From assembly GCA_964016885.1 (NCBI GenBank), contig OZ024763.1:22320001-22384000 (forward strand): a stretch of 64,000 nt of DNA, written 5' to 3'. This DNA comes from Eledone cirrhosa. Lineage: Eukaryota. The notes beneath the pieces were generated by a model. That model saw only the letters and a list, made by a program, of their open reading frames with translations. It was not told where the DNA came from and ran no database searches. The stretch's first letter is position 1; each line of letters opens with the position of its first letter. This document shows, in pieces, positions 42,409 through 58,173 of the stretch. The position numbers and the translations under genes are program-made.

Positions 42409-45022
42409 CTGTTGGTGGAAACAAAAGGGTTCAGGTTAATTATAAAAGTTTACGGTTAGAGGTAGAGTTTTGGTGGGAAAGAAAAAACTTAGCATTTAAA
42501 CCGGCCAGAATTCTCTCTCCTTTTTCTGTTCAAACCCGCCTAGACTGGTTGCTCATAGTTATGTTAAGGTATTGTTCTCAAAATAAATAATATCAGAATC
42601 TCACAGATTCAATATTATGTGAGGTAAAGCCTTTACTTTGAAAATATAATAGTATATATAGAGTAATGTAAATGTTATGTGAGATATTATGTGAGGTAAA
42701 GCCTTTACTGTGAAAATATAATAGTAAATATAGAGTAATGTAAATGCTAAAGTTTTGATATAGTTTTTGATTGAGGCACAAAACCAATAATTTTAGAGGA
42801 GAGGAAAGTTGATTAAATCGACCCTTTAACCCGTTAGCATTTCCATTACTCTATATATATACTATTGTATTTTTGTGGTAAAGTCTTTACCTCACAAAAT
42901 TATTTCACATATCAAATCTATGAGATTTTGATATTATTTATTTTGAAAACAATACCTTAACATCAGTATGAACAGACAGTTACAACCTGTTTGAATAGAA
43001 GAGATGAGAGAATTCTGGCTGGATACAGCTAGTTTAAATAATAAAAGGGTTAAAAGGATGAAAGGCAAAGCCATCCTTGGCAGGATTTGAACTCAGAATG
43101 TAAAGCGCCATAACTCTATGCCACAAAGCATGTCTGACGCTCTACAAATTTACTGCTCAAGTATGAAGAAACAATAATAATGGTTTCTGATGTAAGCACA
43201 AGGCCAATAATTTTAGGGGAGAGGTAAAAGTCGATTAAATTGATCTCAGTGTCTTACTGGTACTTTATTTTACTGACCTTGTAAAGATGAAAGCCAAAGC
43301 TAACCTTTGAGATTTAAAACTCAGATCGTAAAGGGACGTAACTCTATGGCGAAACGCATGTCTGACGCTCTACTGTTTACTGTCAATCCATGCAAGTTTA
43401 TAAAAGATTAAAAAAGCAGTAGATTGGCAGTATTAGAGTGTTGGACAAAATGCTTTGCAACATAGTTCTGAGTTCAAATCCTGTCGGGGTTACCTTTCCC
43501 TTTCATTTTTACAGTGTCAATTTAATAAAGTACCAGTAACGAACTGGGTTGATTTATACAACTTTCCCCTCACCCAAAGTTGTTGGCTTTGTGCCTAAAT
43601 CAGAAACCATTATTATTATAACTTTGTCTTTTATCCTTATGGGGTCGATAAAATAAAGTACCAGTAATGCACTGAGATCAATTTAATCAACTTTCCCCTC
43701 AACCAAAATTGTTGGCATTGTTCCTAAATCAGAAACCAATATATAATATTGAAATAGAATTTTGGTATTCAGTCAGCATCAGTGATGGAAACGAAAACAA
43801 TTATGTAAGTTTCTTGATATATAAAGAACCCATAACTCCTGGTTGAGTCATAGAGGCACCGTCATGACAAATGGTACATCTTGGGCATTTTAAGCCAGCC
43901 TAGCAGAGCCCATTTCCTCTCTCCAGGTTTAACCTGTTGACTGCCACATATATTTTACACAGCTACAATTGCTGTGCCGAGTTTTTTGTTTTCTGTAAAA
44001 TGACTTTTTTTTTAAACAAACATTAATTAACAACACATATCTGAATGATTGACAAACGTCACATCAATAAACTAGTAACTCTATCTAGCTTTGAAGTTAT
44101 TAACTGTTGGAAAGGAGTTCATAACTTCAAAGTTATGAACTGTTGGAAACGAGTTCAAACATGTTAGGACAAGTTACCTTGTCTATGGCACTGAAGAAGT
44201 TAAACACTGCTGATTTCTTCCAGAGAAGGGGAGGAAGAGAGCAAGAGATATAAAGGAAGAATCGACCCCAGTACCCGACTCTCATGGGTCTCCTGCCAGT
44301 TGGTTTTGCAATAAGGAACTGTATTTAATAAAAAAACATCCTGATGTATTTGTTTTGAAAGGTTTTTGATATGAAATTGTGTGTTGAAACAGATATTGTT
44401 ATATTTTGGGAGGAAACACAATAATTACTGAAGATGTATGTCACAGATATATAACAGGTATGGATGGTTGATGTATATATATGTTGTGAAGGAGCAGCGT
44501 TTAGCAGAGTTACAGAAGTAGTAATGAAATAGTTATAGCGCCAGGAGTAACATGATAATAACTTCAACAAGAAGAATGTTCGTAAGATGAAATGTATGTT
44601 TATTTTTGTTGTAGCACAAAGTAATGTTTGTTAAATTGTATGATTGTAGTTAAACATAAAAGAGTTACAAAAGGAATGTGCCATTGTGCCAGGCCTGAGG
44701 CAGGCCGGCAGGCCAAAGTGCAAATCTCGCCGTTACATATTGTACGTCTCGATCCTTCGGCGTTGAAGCAGCAAGAGACCAAGTGGTCTTTACTATCCCC
44801 AGAGAATGTATGTGAGCCCACAGAATGTAGGTCACTACAGATATATGTGATGAAAGAACTTTGAGAAACTATATTTATATTTTTAACTGCTGGTCAATCA
44901 AATTATTTATAGAAATATAAAAATATACTTAAGCGAAAACCAAACCAAACAGTGAGTGTGCTTTACTATTTTTTGGCAATATTAGGACAACATGACCCTC
45001 TCCAAATATAACATGAACCTAC

Positions 45023-45119
45023 CTATTGCTCTCGATACTGAGATGTTACCATTCACACGGCTGATACCACTTACAAGGAGTACAATACCACCAAGATCTT
45101 CAATTCGTTTCTTTTCATC
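45023..45119 (-). CDS. PPM1E: PPM1E/F-like exon (RVNG, SRAIG motifs)
   Basis: 97 nt: DEKKRIEDLGGIVLLVSGISRVNGNISVSRAI(G). Boundaries tgttag| and G|gtaggt. Not in the ORF track; translated by hand. Confidence 0.93.
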
Positions 45120-46203
45120 CTAACAAAGATAAAAGAATTTATTATATATATATATATATCAAAAGATATAAAACTTGGAGAATGGCAAAGCATAAATGAA
45201 CTGAGAGAGAAACTAGGCACAAGAGGAGATTGCGTTGGTATGGACATGTGATGCGTGTGAAGGATGACAGCTGCATAAAAAAGTGCAGAGCGCTCAAAAT
45301 TGATGGAAGCCTTGGAGTAGGGAGACCCAGGAAGACTTGGGATGATGTGATCAATGCTGACCTTACCCAATTGCACCTCTCAAAGATGATGACACATGAC
45401 CGAGATCTCTGGCGATACGCAGTAATACAGAAGACCCGACTTCCCATGAGCACAAGCTGCAAGCTGAAGCATATATACAGTATGCCCCAACCCACTGTCC
45501 CCATACACCCCCACGAGGACAGGCCAAAGTAAATGCATCCAGTGAAGCCCCCAGCCCACACTGTAAAGTAATGGTGACACGGCAAAATAACTATGGTTGT
45601 GGATATTATCCCTGTCGTCTGTTAGTGTCACTTAGGAACTCAACTGGACCATCTGGAGAAGGTTGCTTCTGATAGGACCCGCTGAAAGGCATCTCTGATG
45701 ACTCTGGCCCCTTGATCTTAGGAATAAACAGCTTTCGATCATAGAACTAGGGTTGTTCAGGGTGTTGTGTGTTATAATGTTGATGGTGGTGTTTCATGTA
45801 GTTGTTGATGTGTTGATCGTCTTGATGGTTGTTATTGTTGTTATTGTGGTGGTGTTGTGTTATGTATTGTTGTAGTTTGGTGGTGGTGGTGTGTTGTTTG
45901 TATGTTGTTGATGGTGGTGGTGGTGTTTGTATGTTGTTGGTGGTGGTTGTGTTTGTATGTTGTTGGTGGTGGTTGTGTTTGTATGTTGATGGTGGTTGTG
46001 TTGTTTGTATGTTGTTGATGGCGGTGGTGTGTTGTTGTTTGTATGTTGATGGTGGTGGTGTGTGTTGGTGGTGGTGTTTGTATGTTGTTGGTGGTGGTGT
46101 GTTGTTGTTTGTATGTTGCTGATGGCGGTGGTGTGTGTTGTTTGTATGTTGTTGATGGTGGTTGTGTGTGTTGGTGGTGGTGTTGTAGCTGTGTTCTTCT
46201 TAC

Positions 46204-46347
46204 CTGCCTGGCTGGTGTGTGAGGCATTGTCAACTCTATCACCTCACTGTTACGAACCATCACAGCTTGGGAGTCACCCAACCAGCTCACGTAAACAGTT
46301 GAACCCCGAATCAAGGCCGTTATTCCTGTGGTGCCACTTTTCAGCTT
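46204..46347 (-). CDS. PPM1E: PPM1E/F-like exon (SGTT, WLGDS motifs)
   Basis: 144 nt: KLKSGTTGITALIRGSTVYVSWLGDSQAVMVRNSEVIELTMPHTPARQ. Boundaries tttcag| and |gtaaga. WLGDSQ is typical of PPM1E/F. Confidence 0.95.
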
Positions 46348-48351
46348 CTGAAAATACATACAAAATACATTATTATTACACAACTAACCATAAGTAGTAG
46401 TAATAGTAGTATTGTTACGACCATTTACAACATGAAGTGGCTTGCACATGGACATTCTCCACGCACACATATATATCATCATCATATGTCCATTTTCCAC
46501 GCGAGCAGGACAGGCTTTCCCATTGAGAGATCCAGGTCAAAGGACCGTATTTTTTGCTCAACACAGAACTGATTTGGGCCTAGTTTCTATGGCTGGATCC
46601 CTTCCTAATGCCAACCACATTTACAGTGTGCGCTGGGTGTTTTTTGTCGTGACACCTACACGACCACTTTACAGTGTGGGCTGGGCATATTTTGTTGTGA
46701 CACCTACATGACCACTTTATAGTGTGGACTGGATACTTTTGTTGTGACACTCACACAACCACTTTATAGTGTGAAATTGGCACTTTTGTATTGGCTCCAG
46801 GGGGACTACTTTATGGTGTGGGTTGGGGACTTGGGTGGAATGTGCCTGGGGAATTGAGGAGGTAGGTATAGAAGTGGGATGATTACAGCAAGGGAGGGGT
46901 GATGGTAGGGAAGGTGTTGTATACTAGATGTATTCCTCGGCTCGTGCATATGGGAGCATGAGTCTTCTGTATCACTGCGTAGCACCAGAGATCACGAACT
47001 TGTGTCATCGCTTTTGAAAAGTGCAATTGTGCAAAGTCAGCTTTTATCACCTCATCCTAAGTCTTCCTAGGCCTGCCCAACCCGTAGCTTCTATCGACTT
47101 TGAGAGCTCTGCACCTTTCTATGCAGCTATCATCCATCATGCGCATCACCTGTCCATACCAACGCAATCCTCTCTCCTGCACACTGCATCTGATCCATCT
47201 TATGCCTAATTTCTCTCACAGTTCATTTATGCATCAACTCAAATAATTTATCTTATATATATAAAGTTAATTTATTACACAATTCCTTATATAAGCAGAG
47301 AATTAAACAGCAACCAAACTATATATATATATATAGATGTTTTTGCTGTATATGTGCATTAAAAATATCACAATCGATTCAGTATATGGAAGGAATATAT
47401 TAGATTAACGCTTGAAATAGCAGGAAGAGGGTCTTAACATTGTGGACGCTGGACGCTAGTCTTTCATCAGAAGAAATAATGAAAGATTTAAGGGACAGGC
47501 AGGGCAGAATCGGAAAAAATGTTTTTAGAGAAAAATAACAGGTCCATTCATGTTGCCATCATGAGTTCCAGCCCATGTGAGTAACCCCTCTACTTGAGTA
47601 CTGTCTTAGTCTGTAACAACTCACCCAGCCCTTGCTAGCAGGGAAAACACTCATTAAATGACGACACTGACCTATCTATCTATCCATCTGTCTGTCTACC
47701 TATTGTAAGTATGCACACGTACACACACACATATATATATATACACAAACATATACATATAAATATGTACGTATGGGTTATATCAAACATTAATAATAAT
47801 GTTCGATTCGTTTGTAAACAAAATTCTAATTTTATTACCTATCTATCTATCCACCTATCTATCCATCTATTTATCTATCTATCTATCCATCTGTCTGTCT
47901 ATCTATCTATCTATCCATCATTTTACACGTTTTTATTGTATGTAAACTTCCCCCTTTGTATTTGTCCCCTTCTTTTGTGCCCCTGTGGCTAATAAAGAAA
48001 TATATCTATCCATCCATCTGTCCATTAGTCTATCTATCTATTTATCAGTCTGTCTTTGTCACATGTGTATTTCCAGTTTATCTTTAAAAGCTCTCCTGCA
48101 CTAAATATGTCAACACTAAACTATCTACCTCCTAACATAATTATTTCTAAATTACATTTCAATGTTCCTCACATTGAATGTGTCAGCATTAAACTAATCT
48201 GTCTGTCTCTGTCTGTCTGTCCCTCTGTTTGTCTGTCTCTCGTTATATAATTATTACCAGGTGACAGATTTAATACCCTCCTCTACTAAATCTGTCAACA
48301 TTAAATTAATCTATCTAACTATTTGTCTGTTGTGTTGACAAAACAAAAGCA

Positions 48352-49345
48352 CACTGTAACATGGTAGTGCTGGAGCCATGACAAAAAGTACCTAGGCTAC
48401 CTGGTGCTACAATAAAAAGTACTCAATCCATTCTGTAAAATGGTACTGATGATGCCATGACAAAAAGTACCCGGCCCATTCTGTAAGGTGGTAGTGCTGG
48501 TGCCATGACAGAAAAGTACCCAGCCCATTCTGTAAGGGGGTAGTGTTGGTGCATGACAAAAAGCATCCAGTCCACCTTGTAAGGTGGTAGTGCAGGTGCC
48601 ACAACAAAAAGCTCTCAATTCACCCTGTAAAACGGTACTGATGGTGCCACGACAAAAAGTACCCAGCCCATTCTGTAAGGTGGTAGTGCTTGTACCATAA
48701 CAAAAAAGTACCCAGCCCATTCTGTATGGTGGTAGTGCTGGTGCCACAACAAAAAGCACCCAGTCCAGCCTGTAAAGTGGTAGTGTTGGTGCCACAACAA
48801 AAAGTACCCAGTCCACTCTGTAAAGTGGTAGTGTTGGTGCCACAACAAAAAGTACCCAGTCCACTCTGTAAAGTGGTAGTGTTGGTGCCACAACAAAAAG
48901 TACCCAGTCCACTCTGTAAAGTGGTAGTGTTGGTGCCACAACAAAAAGTACCCAGTCCACTCTGTAAAGTGGTAGTGTTGGTGCCACAACAAAAAGTACC
49001 CAGTCCACTCTGTAAAGTGGTAGTGTTGGTGCCACAACAAAAAGGATCCAATCCCCCTGCAATATGGTAGTACTGGTGCCATGACAATAAAAAGTACCCA
49101 GTCCATCATGTAAAGTGGTAGTGTCGGTACCATGACAAAAAAAAGCATCTAGTCCACCTTGTAAGGTGGTAGTGTTGATGTCACAACAAAAGGATCCAGT
49201 ACATTCTGTAAATAAAAGACCCAGTCCATCATGTAAAGTGGTAGTGTCGGTGCCACAACAAAAAGCACCTAGTCCACCCTGTAAGGTGAAGGTGATAGTG
49301 TTGGTGCCACGATAAATAGCACCCAGTCCACTCTGTATGGTGACA
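48352..49345. repeat. 48-bp tandem repeat, about 20 copies, homogeneous in the centre
   Basis: GTGCCACAACAAAAAGTACCCAGTCCACTCTGTAAAGTGGTAGTGTTG. The same motif occurs as a module in SINE bodies (for example 1998-2080, 23125-23470, 55040-55370). Confidence 0.93.
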
Positions 49346-50165
49346 GTATTGAAGTCAGGATCAAACCAAAAGCAAGCGAGCTAGCAAGACACAGTCACCT
49401 GACACCTAGCTAACCTCAACACATGACAGACAACCTGTCTCGCTCATAGAAGTATGAAAAATAGATGTTAAATGGTGGTGATGATGATAATGATGATCTA
49501 TTTGTCTTCACCCACCTCCTTCAACCCTACTCCCCACTCTGGCTTATCTGAGAGGTCTCTTTGTTTTATGACATAATTTTTTCACCAGGAGGCATTTTTA
49601 TTGTTCCTTGCATTGAATATATTAACACATTTTTAGATATTTTCTGCTAAATCATTACAAGATGTCTTTATAAAACACAACAAAACCACGAGTACATCAA
49701 TATTAACCCTTTAGCATTTACATTACCCTTATATTTACTATTGTATTTTCACAGTAAAGGCTTTATCTCACATAATATTGAATCTATGAGATTTTGACAT
49801 TATTTATTTTAAAAAATACCTTAAATTCAGTATGAGCAGCTGGTTTGAACAGAAAGAGGTGAAAGAATTCTGGCATGACAGGGCCAGTTTAAATGCTAAA
49901 GGGTTAAATATTTAAGTCTTTATTTTAGTTTGCTGCAAATTTTCACAATGATCTGTCCACTAGTAAAGATACTGTATACATATGAATTAACACTCATTTT
50001 TAGATATTTTCTGTTAAATCGTTACAGAATGTTAAGAGTTAACAATAGAAAGTGAAATAAAACCTTAAATATTCTTCTCATTTAACTGCATAGACTGTAT
50101 ATACACAGCTTTAGAGGACTATAAGTAGCTCTGTCATATATAGACAGTATATATATATATATATA

Positions 50166-50996
50166 CAGGGTGCGGACGGTATTTGTTCGCAATTTTCAAC
50201 TGCTAATTTTATGCAAATTTTTTTTACTTCTGTTGTCACTCTTGTCTTCATAAAAACAGTGACTATATTTCTATTATTTATTTTCATAATAATTGATTAT
50301 GAATAATTTAGAAGTTCTTCTTGGAATCCGCGCCGGGAGGACAAATAAGACCAGAAGATCAACTCTCAGAACAACAGGTGGCTCGCTGTCTCATCCAAAG
50401 ACGTGCCCAGAGTCATGCAAAGTTTCCAGCGACAAGGTGTCGTCAGCAGTCAAGGTGACATCATGCCACCTCACTTCTTCCCTGAGGGTCTCAAGCTGAA
50501 CACCGATGGCTAAATCCGCGTTCTGAGCGAGGTAGTAAAGCCCTGGATCGACCAGGTAGCTGCAGCTAGGCCATACGTGTGGCAGCAAGACTCAGCGCTC
50601 TGCCATACCAGCCGAAAGACCCAAGCCTGGCTGTCCGAGAATTTCGTCAACCACACTTCACCTGACATCTGGCTTCTCAGCTCGCATGACTGCAACCCTC
50701 CTCGACTTCTTTGTGTGGGGCGCAGTGGAACGAGACACCAACAGATCTAGCTGCAATACAAAAGATGATCTGAAGGCCAGGATCACAAGTGCCTTTAGGG
50801 GCCTTAGTCGGGGGACAGTGACGAAGGCCTGTAGCCGGTTCCGAGGCGGCCTTGAGACTGTCATCAAAGCCAATGGTAGGTTTATCAAGTGAGATCGAAA
50901 GAACAAATCATGAAGACAAACTGACCCAAGTTTGATAAATATATCTTAAAAAATAAAACTACTGTAATCTTGCGAACAAATATCGTCCGCACCCTG
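50166..50996 (+). mobile_element. Internally deleted Tc1/mariner-superfamily transposon, DD37D (maT-type)
   Basis: 27-bp TIRs CAGGGTGCGGACGGTATTTGTTCGCAA / TTGCGAACAAATATCGTCCGCACCCTG flanked by TA. Transposase remnant YVWQQDSALCH...WLLSSHDCNP(+1 nt)LDFFVWGAVE...VIKANGRFIK* has 37 residues between the 2nd and 3rd Asp. Confidence 0.92.
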
Positions 50997-51271
50997 TATA
51001 TATATATACAGTAACAGAAGAGACTGTATATACCCAGTTGTAGCTGGAATATATAGGATGTAGACAGAATGTACAGTGCACCCGTGGCATTCGCGATCCT
51101 GGTTATTCGCGGAATTTTCCTCAGAACCTAACTAATAATTGTTTGTGGAAACCACCGCATATTCGCGGAATCATAAATATTTTCCCCAATTTTTTTAATG
51201 GCTTTTTCCGTAGCAATGTATATTTTTTCACACTTTTTAACGCTAAATTATTAATAACAATATACTGTACA

Positions 51272-51635
51272 TCCAACTCCGTTGGATGTGCAATGTCAAT
51301 GTGCGTGAACGACCCAGCATGAATGTGTTGAGAGAGAAACTGTGTCTGAGAGGGATAGAATGTAGTGTGCGAGAGAGGAGACTGAGGTGGTATGGACATG
51401 TGATGCGCATGGAGGATGACCGATGGGTGACGAAGTGCCAGGAAATACCAGTTGAAGGAAGACGTGGTAGAGGTAGACCACGAAAAACATGGGCGGAGGT
51501 GGTGAGAACAGATCGCTGAAGCTCACGGTGGAGATGAAGAAGGTCTGTGACAAGTGGAGAGATGCTGTACTGAATAAGACCTGTCCCACCCTTGCAAGCA
51601 GGGAAAAGCGGATGTAAAATGATGATGATGATGAT
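51272..51635 (+). mobile_element. RTE-clade LINE 3' fragment (others: 1810-1950, 45160-45450, 46945-47235 on -, 58728-59025, 60860-61180)
   Basis: [14 protein letters not shown]...[12 protein letters not shown] is the typical RTE ORF C-terminus, followed by a (GAT)n tail. Confidence 0.85.
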
Positions 51636-51737
51636 GTATTTGTTATAGGCATCTTTATGGACCACATCCAATATTTGTGGTTTTTTATTCTTTGCAGGTG
51701 TTCTAGGAACGTAACCCTCATGAATACCGGTGGACAA

Positions 51738-53545
<1,808 letters not shown>

Positions 53546-55563
53546 TATATATATCCAGAAATAGCTGTTGAAACGGCTTGAGCTCTGCCGTCGGGGTTAA
53601 ACGTTTTCCTATATATATACATTAACAGAGGACTTTATAAGTAGCTCTGCCATATATAGAATATGTTAACACTTAGATAAATATAGCGACAGACTGTAGG
53701 CTGTAATTATAAGCACATGTTGAATTATTTTGGGTGCAGGTTTAGATGACATGTGCTGCTACAGAATCTGTTTCGGTTACCACACAGTTTCAGATCCACT
53801 GTCAGTTCCATTGTGTAACATTGAGACCAACTATCTTATACCAAATCTAGCCTAGACATCAGAGGTGTATGTAGAGTATGGCAAGTGCCATGGGCACCAC
53901 TTGAAAGGGGGTGTTACCTGGACTAAGAGCACTTTCTATTAACCCTTTAGCATTTAAACCGGCCGTGTCCGGCTGCTTGAATTCTCTTACCTCTTTCTGT
54001 TCAAACCGGCTGTAACTAGCTGCTAATACTGACGTTAAGCTATTGTTCTCAAAATAAATAACATCAAAATCTCGTAGATTCGATATTATGTGAGATAAAT
54101 ATGTAAGATAAAGCCTTTACCACAAAAATGCCATGGTATATATAGAGTAATGTAAATATTAAAGGGTTAAAGTCAGATAAGCTATTGTCAGAGCATGAAA
54201 AAAGAAACTTCTTCAGATGTATGATCTGTCTTTGATTATCATTGGTGAGAAACACTATGGTGGCTGGATCATTAAACCATTTATATAAATTATTGGCCCA
54301 TAGATAAAAATACAGTGTTGGAACTACATGATCACAGAGGCATACCTCATAGTATGACTTGTCAAAGATCAGTATTACACAGATCCCCTTTAAATACACT
54401 AACACTTTTGCCAATACTTTACGAATACGTAAGTGTAAAGGATACCTGTAGAACAAAGGAAAATGCTGTTTAACCCTTTAAAGTTCAAACCGGCCAAAAT
54501 TCTCTACCTCTTTCTGTTGAAACTGGCTGTAACAGATCGCTCAAACTAATGTTAAGGTATTGTTCTCAAAATAAATACTTTCAAAATCTCATTGATTCGA
54601 TATTATGTGAGGTAAAGACTTTACCATGAAAATATAATAGTATATATAGAGTAATGTGAATGCTAAAGGGTTAATACTCTAAACCCTCATTTATTTAAAC
54701 TGCGCTGTCAATCCGATTGTCTAACAACTACTATATAGCTTGCTGCATGAGCAGAAACGCAATTTCAATGTTTGCTATAGGCACTATTTTCCCTTGTTAC
54801 ACCTCTGTTAGCCATACATTCATTGTGTAACATTGAGACAAAGTATCTTATACCAAGTCATGTTATGCATTCACCATCGTCATCATCACTGTTTAATGTC
54901 CATTTTTCTACTCTAGCATGAGTGGTTTACAGTTGTCCCGTTGTGAGGCAAACTATATCAGATGACCATGTCTTGCTCATACAGAGCTGTTTCTGGCTTG
55001 GTTTCTATGGCTGGAGATGTGCTTCATAATGCCAACCACATTTACAATGTGGACTAGGTACCTTTTATCGTGGCACCATCATGACCAGACCATTTTATAG
55101 TGTGGACTGGGTGCCTTTTGTAATTGTACCAAAGTGGCCACTTTACAGTGTGGACTTGGTGCTTTTTGATGTGTCTTCAACATGACAACTTTACAATGTG
55201 GAATAGGTACTTTTTGTTGTTGCACCAACACAACCATTTTACAGTGTGGACTGGGTGTTTTTATTGTGGCACCGATACAACCACTTTACAGAATCGACTG
55301 GGTGCTTTTTATCGCAGCTCCAAAACGACAAAAAGCACCCAGTAGGCACCAACATGACCACTTCACAGGCTGGGTATTGTAAGTAAAATTTTAACGGTGT
55401 AAAAGTCTGTAAAAATATACATGGTGAGCCAAATCTAACGTTAGTTCTTCACCAGAAGGTAGAATGAGAGATAGAAAGAAAGACACAAAGCTAGGTGAGA
55501 GGAAGAAATGAATAAAAAAAAATGTTTTTTCGCCGGACAAAAGTACGTGTGTGTGATACATAC

Positions 55564-55752
55564 TTCTCGTGTAGATTTCTCCAGAAACCATTTATCTGTG
55601 AGTTTGTAGCTGCATTTAAGGGCAGAGGGAACGTCCGAGACAAAATATTGGTTTTGGACCATGTTGCAGTGAAGATGAGTCATTGTATACACAGCGGCCT
55701 CCACACCAGAGTGACCATCGTAGACAGCATAGAAGGACTGGCTAGGGTAACC
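55564..55752 (-). CDS. PPM1E: PPM1E/F-like exon with DGH metal-binding motif
   Basis: 189 nt, phase 0/0: GYPSQSFYAVYDGHSGVEAAVYTMTHLHCNMV...YKLTDKWFLEKSTRE. Boundaries ttacag| and |gtatgt. Confidence 0.95.
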
Positions 55753-56060
55753 CTGTAATAAATAGATAGATGGGTAGAAAGTCAGTGGTGGTAGTGATGG
55801 TTGTGTGGGGAGGTGGTGAAGGTAATAATGGTAGTGGTGGTGGTGGTGGGGAGGTGATGGTGATAATGGTAGTGGTGGTGATGGTCATAATGGTAGTGGT
55901 GATGGTGATAATGGTAATGATGATGGTGATAATGGTGGTGGTGTTGGTGCTATGGTGATAATGGTGGTGGTGTTGGTGCTATGGTGATGAAGGGCTGCGA
56001 TTTCAATGGCTTACAAAGCCTTCGTGTACAATATAAACCTGCCAGTCATTTACTACGTAC

Positions 56061-56266
56061 TTTTAATCCAAAAAGATTGTTTAGATCAGGCAGAACGATG
56101 TGTCTATCTTCCATCTTCCGGCGGAAGTTCCGAATAGCTGAGACACTGACTCTATAATTACAATCAGGCACTTTGAATTTCGGTAAGCTGCCTTGCATTA
56201 GAAGGCACACTTCATGGACTTGAGCAATAACTTCTTTGAGGAGAGCACGGGCATCAATTTCTGCAA
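56061..56266 (-). CDS. PPM1E: PPM1E/PPM1F-like PP2C phosphatase, internal exon (5'-most exon identified)
   Basis: AEIDARALLKEVIAQVHEVC...YRVSVSAIRNFRRKMEDRHIVLPDLNNLFGLK carries the PP2C motif RRKMED. Acceptor ttttatctag (an alternative AG lies 6 nt downstream); donor AAA|gtacgt. Confidence 0.9.
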
Positions 56267-57854
56267 CTAGATAAAAGATAAAATGACAGCATTTTAGTAT
56301 ACTAGCATAAAAACCACCCTTCAGGTGGTTTTCTTCTAGCATGTGTAGTGTGTATATTGATATTATACGCAAGTATATATACATGTAGATATGATACATC
56401 AAATAAAATCGTAATTGACAATATACACAGAAATTGAACGAAGACGTTGTTACACTGTCTTATGTCATCAGTAACGTAATCCATGATACATTAAAAAAAG
56501 ACAATATTATATATAACCTGCATTAGGAGAAAATTAGTGACAGAAAATGAGTATGTTTATTTAAGTGATCGCCATGGTAGTTGAAGTGGCGGTGGCAACA
56601 ATATACCAGAAGTGCAACTTTGGAAAGGAGTCAATTTTAAATTATTTATTTTTACGAAATTTAGTAGATAAATTATGTAATATTTATTCAAAGTAATCCA
56701 ATTTATTTTACTAACGGGATAAAAAAAATAATAAACCGTACGCAGACCCGCAGACCTTCCTTTATTATAGTTTAGATTGTATATACAGTTTGATGTTTCA
56801 TCATAATATTTCTAAAGAAAGACACTGTCTATAATTTAAAGAGAATTTTGAAAGTAAGAATTTGGAGGGAAAATTATGATGTCCGGTTTTTATTTAGATA
56901 AATATAAACACTTTAACCCTTTCATTACCTTTTTATATATAATGATTGGGGAACTGTGTGACTGTGTCCAGTTTATTATTTTACATCATGTTATTAAAAT
57001 AAGTTGGATTACTTTGAATAAATCATGAATCAATATTATGTAATTTATCTACTAAATTACTTAGCGGACGTAAAATGATGATGATGATGATGATGATGAT
57101 ATATATGTTTTTTTTTTTTTCAATGTGGTCTACCCTTCGGTCTATGATGCCTGATAGTATTCAGTAATATAACTGCTATAAATCAGTCAATATGTCAGTA
57201 TGATCAGCCCTCCAAAACGATCGTAAAACAATTATATGAATATGTAAAGTAACTGGGTTTGTATATATTTTAACAAAGCACTCTATTTTAGTCACAAGGT
57301 TGGCTTGAAAATTACATAAATATGAAAAAGAAAGGTAAAAGCAAAATTAAGTAATGAGAATAAGGGGGAAGGGGTAAAGAAGGGCAGATCTAGTTGTATG
57401 GGAAAGTAGAGGAAAGGACTATAAATGACATAACTGAGAGGAAAAGGAGGGAAAAAGCAAGGGTTCTTGGGCCAGAGAAGGGGAGGAGGGATGGGTTCTG
57501 GGCCTAGGGCGGGGCAGTGTTTGAGCTGTGCCTTGAGGACAAAACTTACTAGCATTGTACCCCAAAATACCAAGGTAAAAAGTATTAAATTAGATAATTC
57601 CTTGATTACAAGGTTCTATGTAAAGCTGCTTGAATATCTGAGGTTTCCTTGACCTTCATAATCTGTAATCTGACACCACACCACTACCACCTACCACCAC
57701 CATCTTGTCCTTCTTATTCGCTATCTTAAAGATAGTGAATATGTTTTGTTACATTTGTGTATGTATATGGTGATAGAGAGACAGACAGACGGGAATAGAA
57801 GGGATAGAGAGAAATATTAGATAGATAGAAAGATGTATCTATCTATCTAATATA

Positions 57855-58033
57855 CAGTGAAATTCTGTTATAACGAAATTCACAGGATATAAAAAAAGAA
57901 ATTCGTTGTAATGAAAAATTCTTTATAATGAGATCGACCAAACACATTGAGCATGTGGCTGGGAGATTGAAAAACATTTTGTTATTCTGAAAAATTTGTT
58001 TTAATGGTATTCCTTATAACAGAATTTTACCTG
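57855..58033. mobile_element. Pogo/Tigger-like MITE
   Basis: TA-CAGTGAAATTCTGTTATAA...TTATAACAGAATTTTACCTG-TA inverted termini. Confidence 0.6.
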
Positions 58034-58112
58034 TATATATATATAAGCAAGAAAAACTTGAACCGTTAAGATCTTCTTCCTGGTTATGTCAATATTTATA
58101 AAACAAACTTTG

Positions 58113-58173
58113 TATTTTATCTGATGAGAGTGTACCAAAGTTTTGGTACCCTTGAAATATATATAATAGAATA
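58113..58173 (+). ncRNA. Minimal type-I hammerhead ribozyme
   Basis: TATTTTAT-CTGATGA-GAGtGTACCAA agtt TTGGTACcCTT-GAAA-T ATAT A-TA^-ATAGAATA. It has an intact core, 8-bp stem I, 10-bp stem II and palindromic loop 3. Predicted cleavage after 58165. Confidence 0.85.

Noticed and set aside
44177-44225. Exon-like stretch with AAG|gtaact donor inside a phosphatase intron
   Set aside because: The upstream part belongs to a dispersed repeat (similar to 31155-31240), there is no clear acceptor, and the PP2C domain is already contiguous without it.
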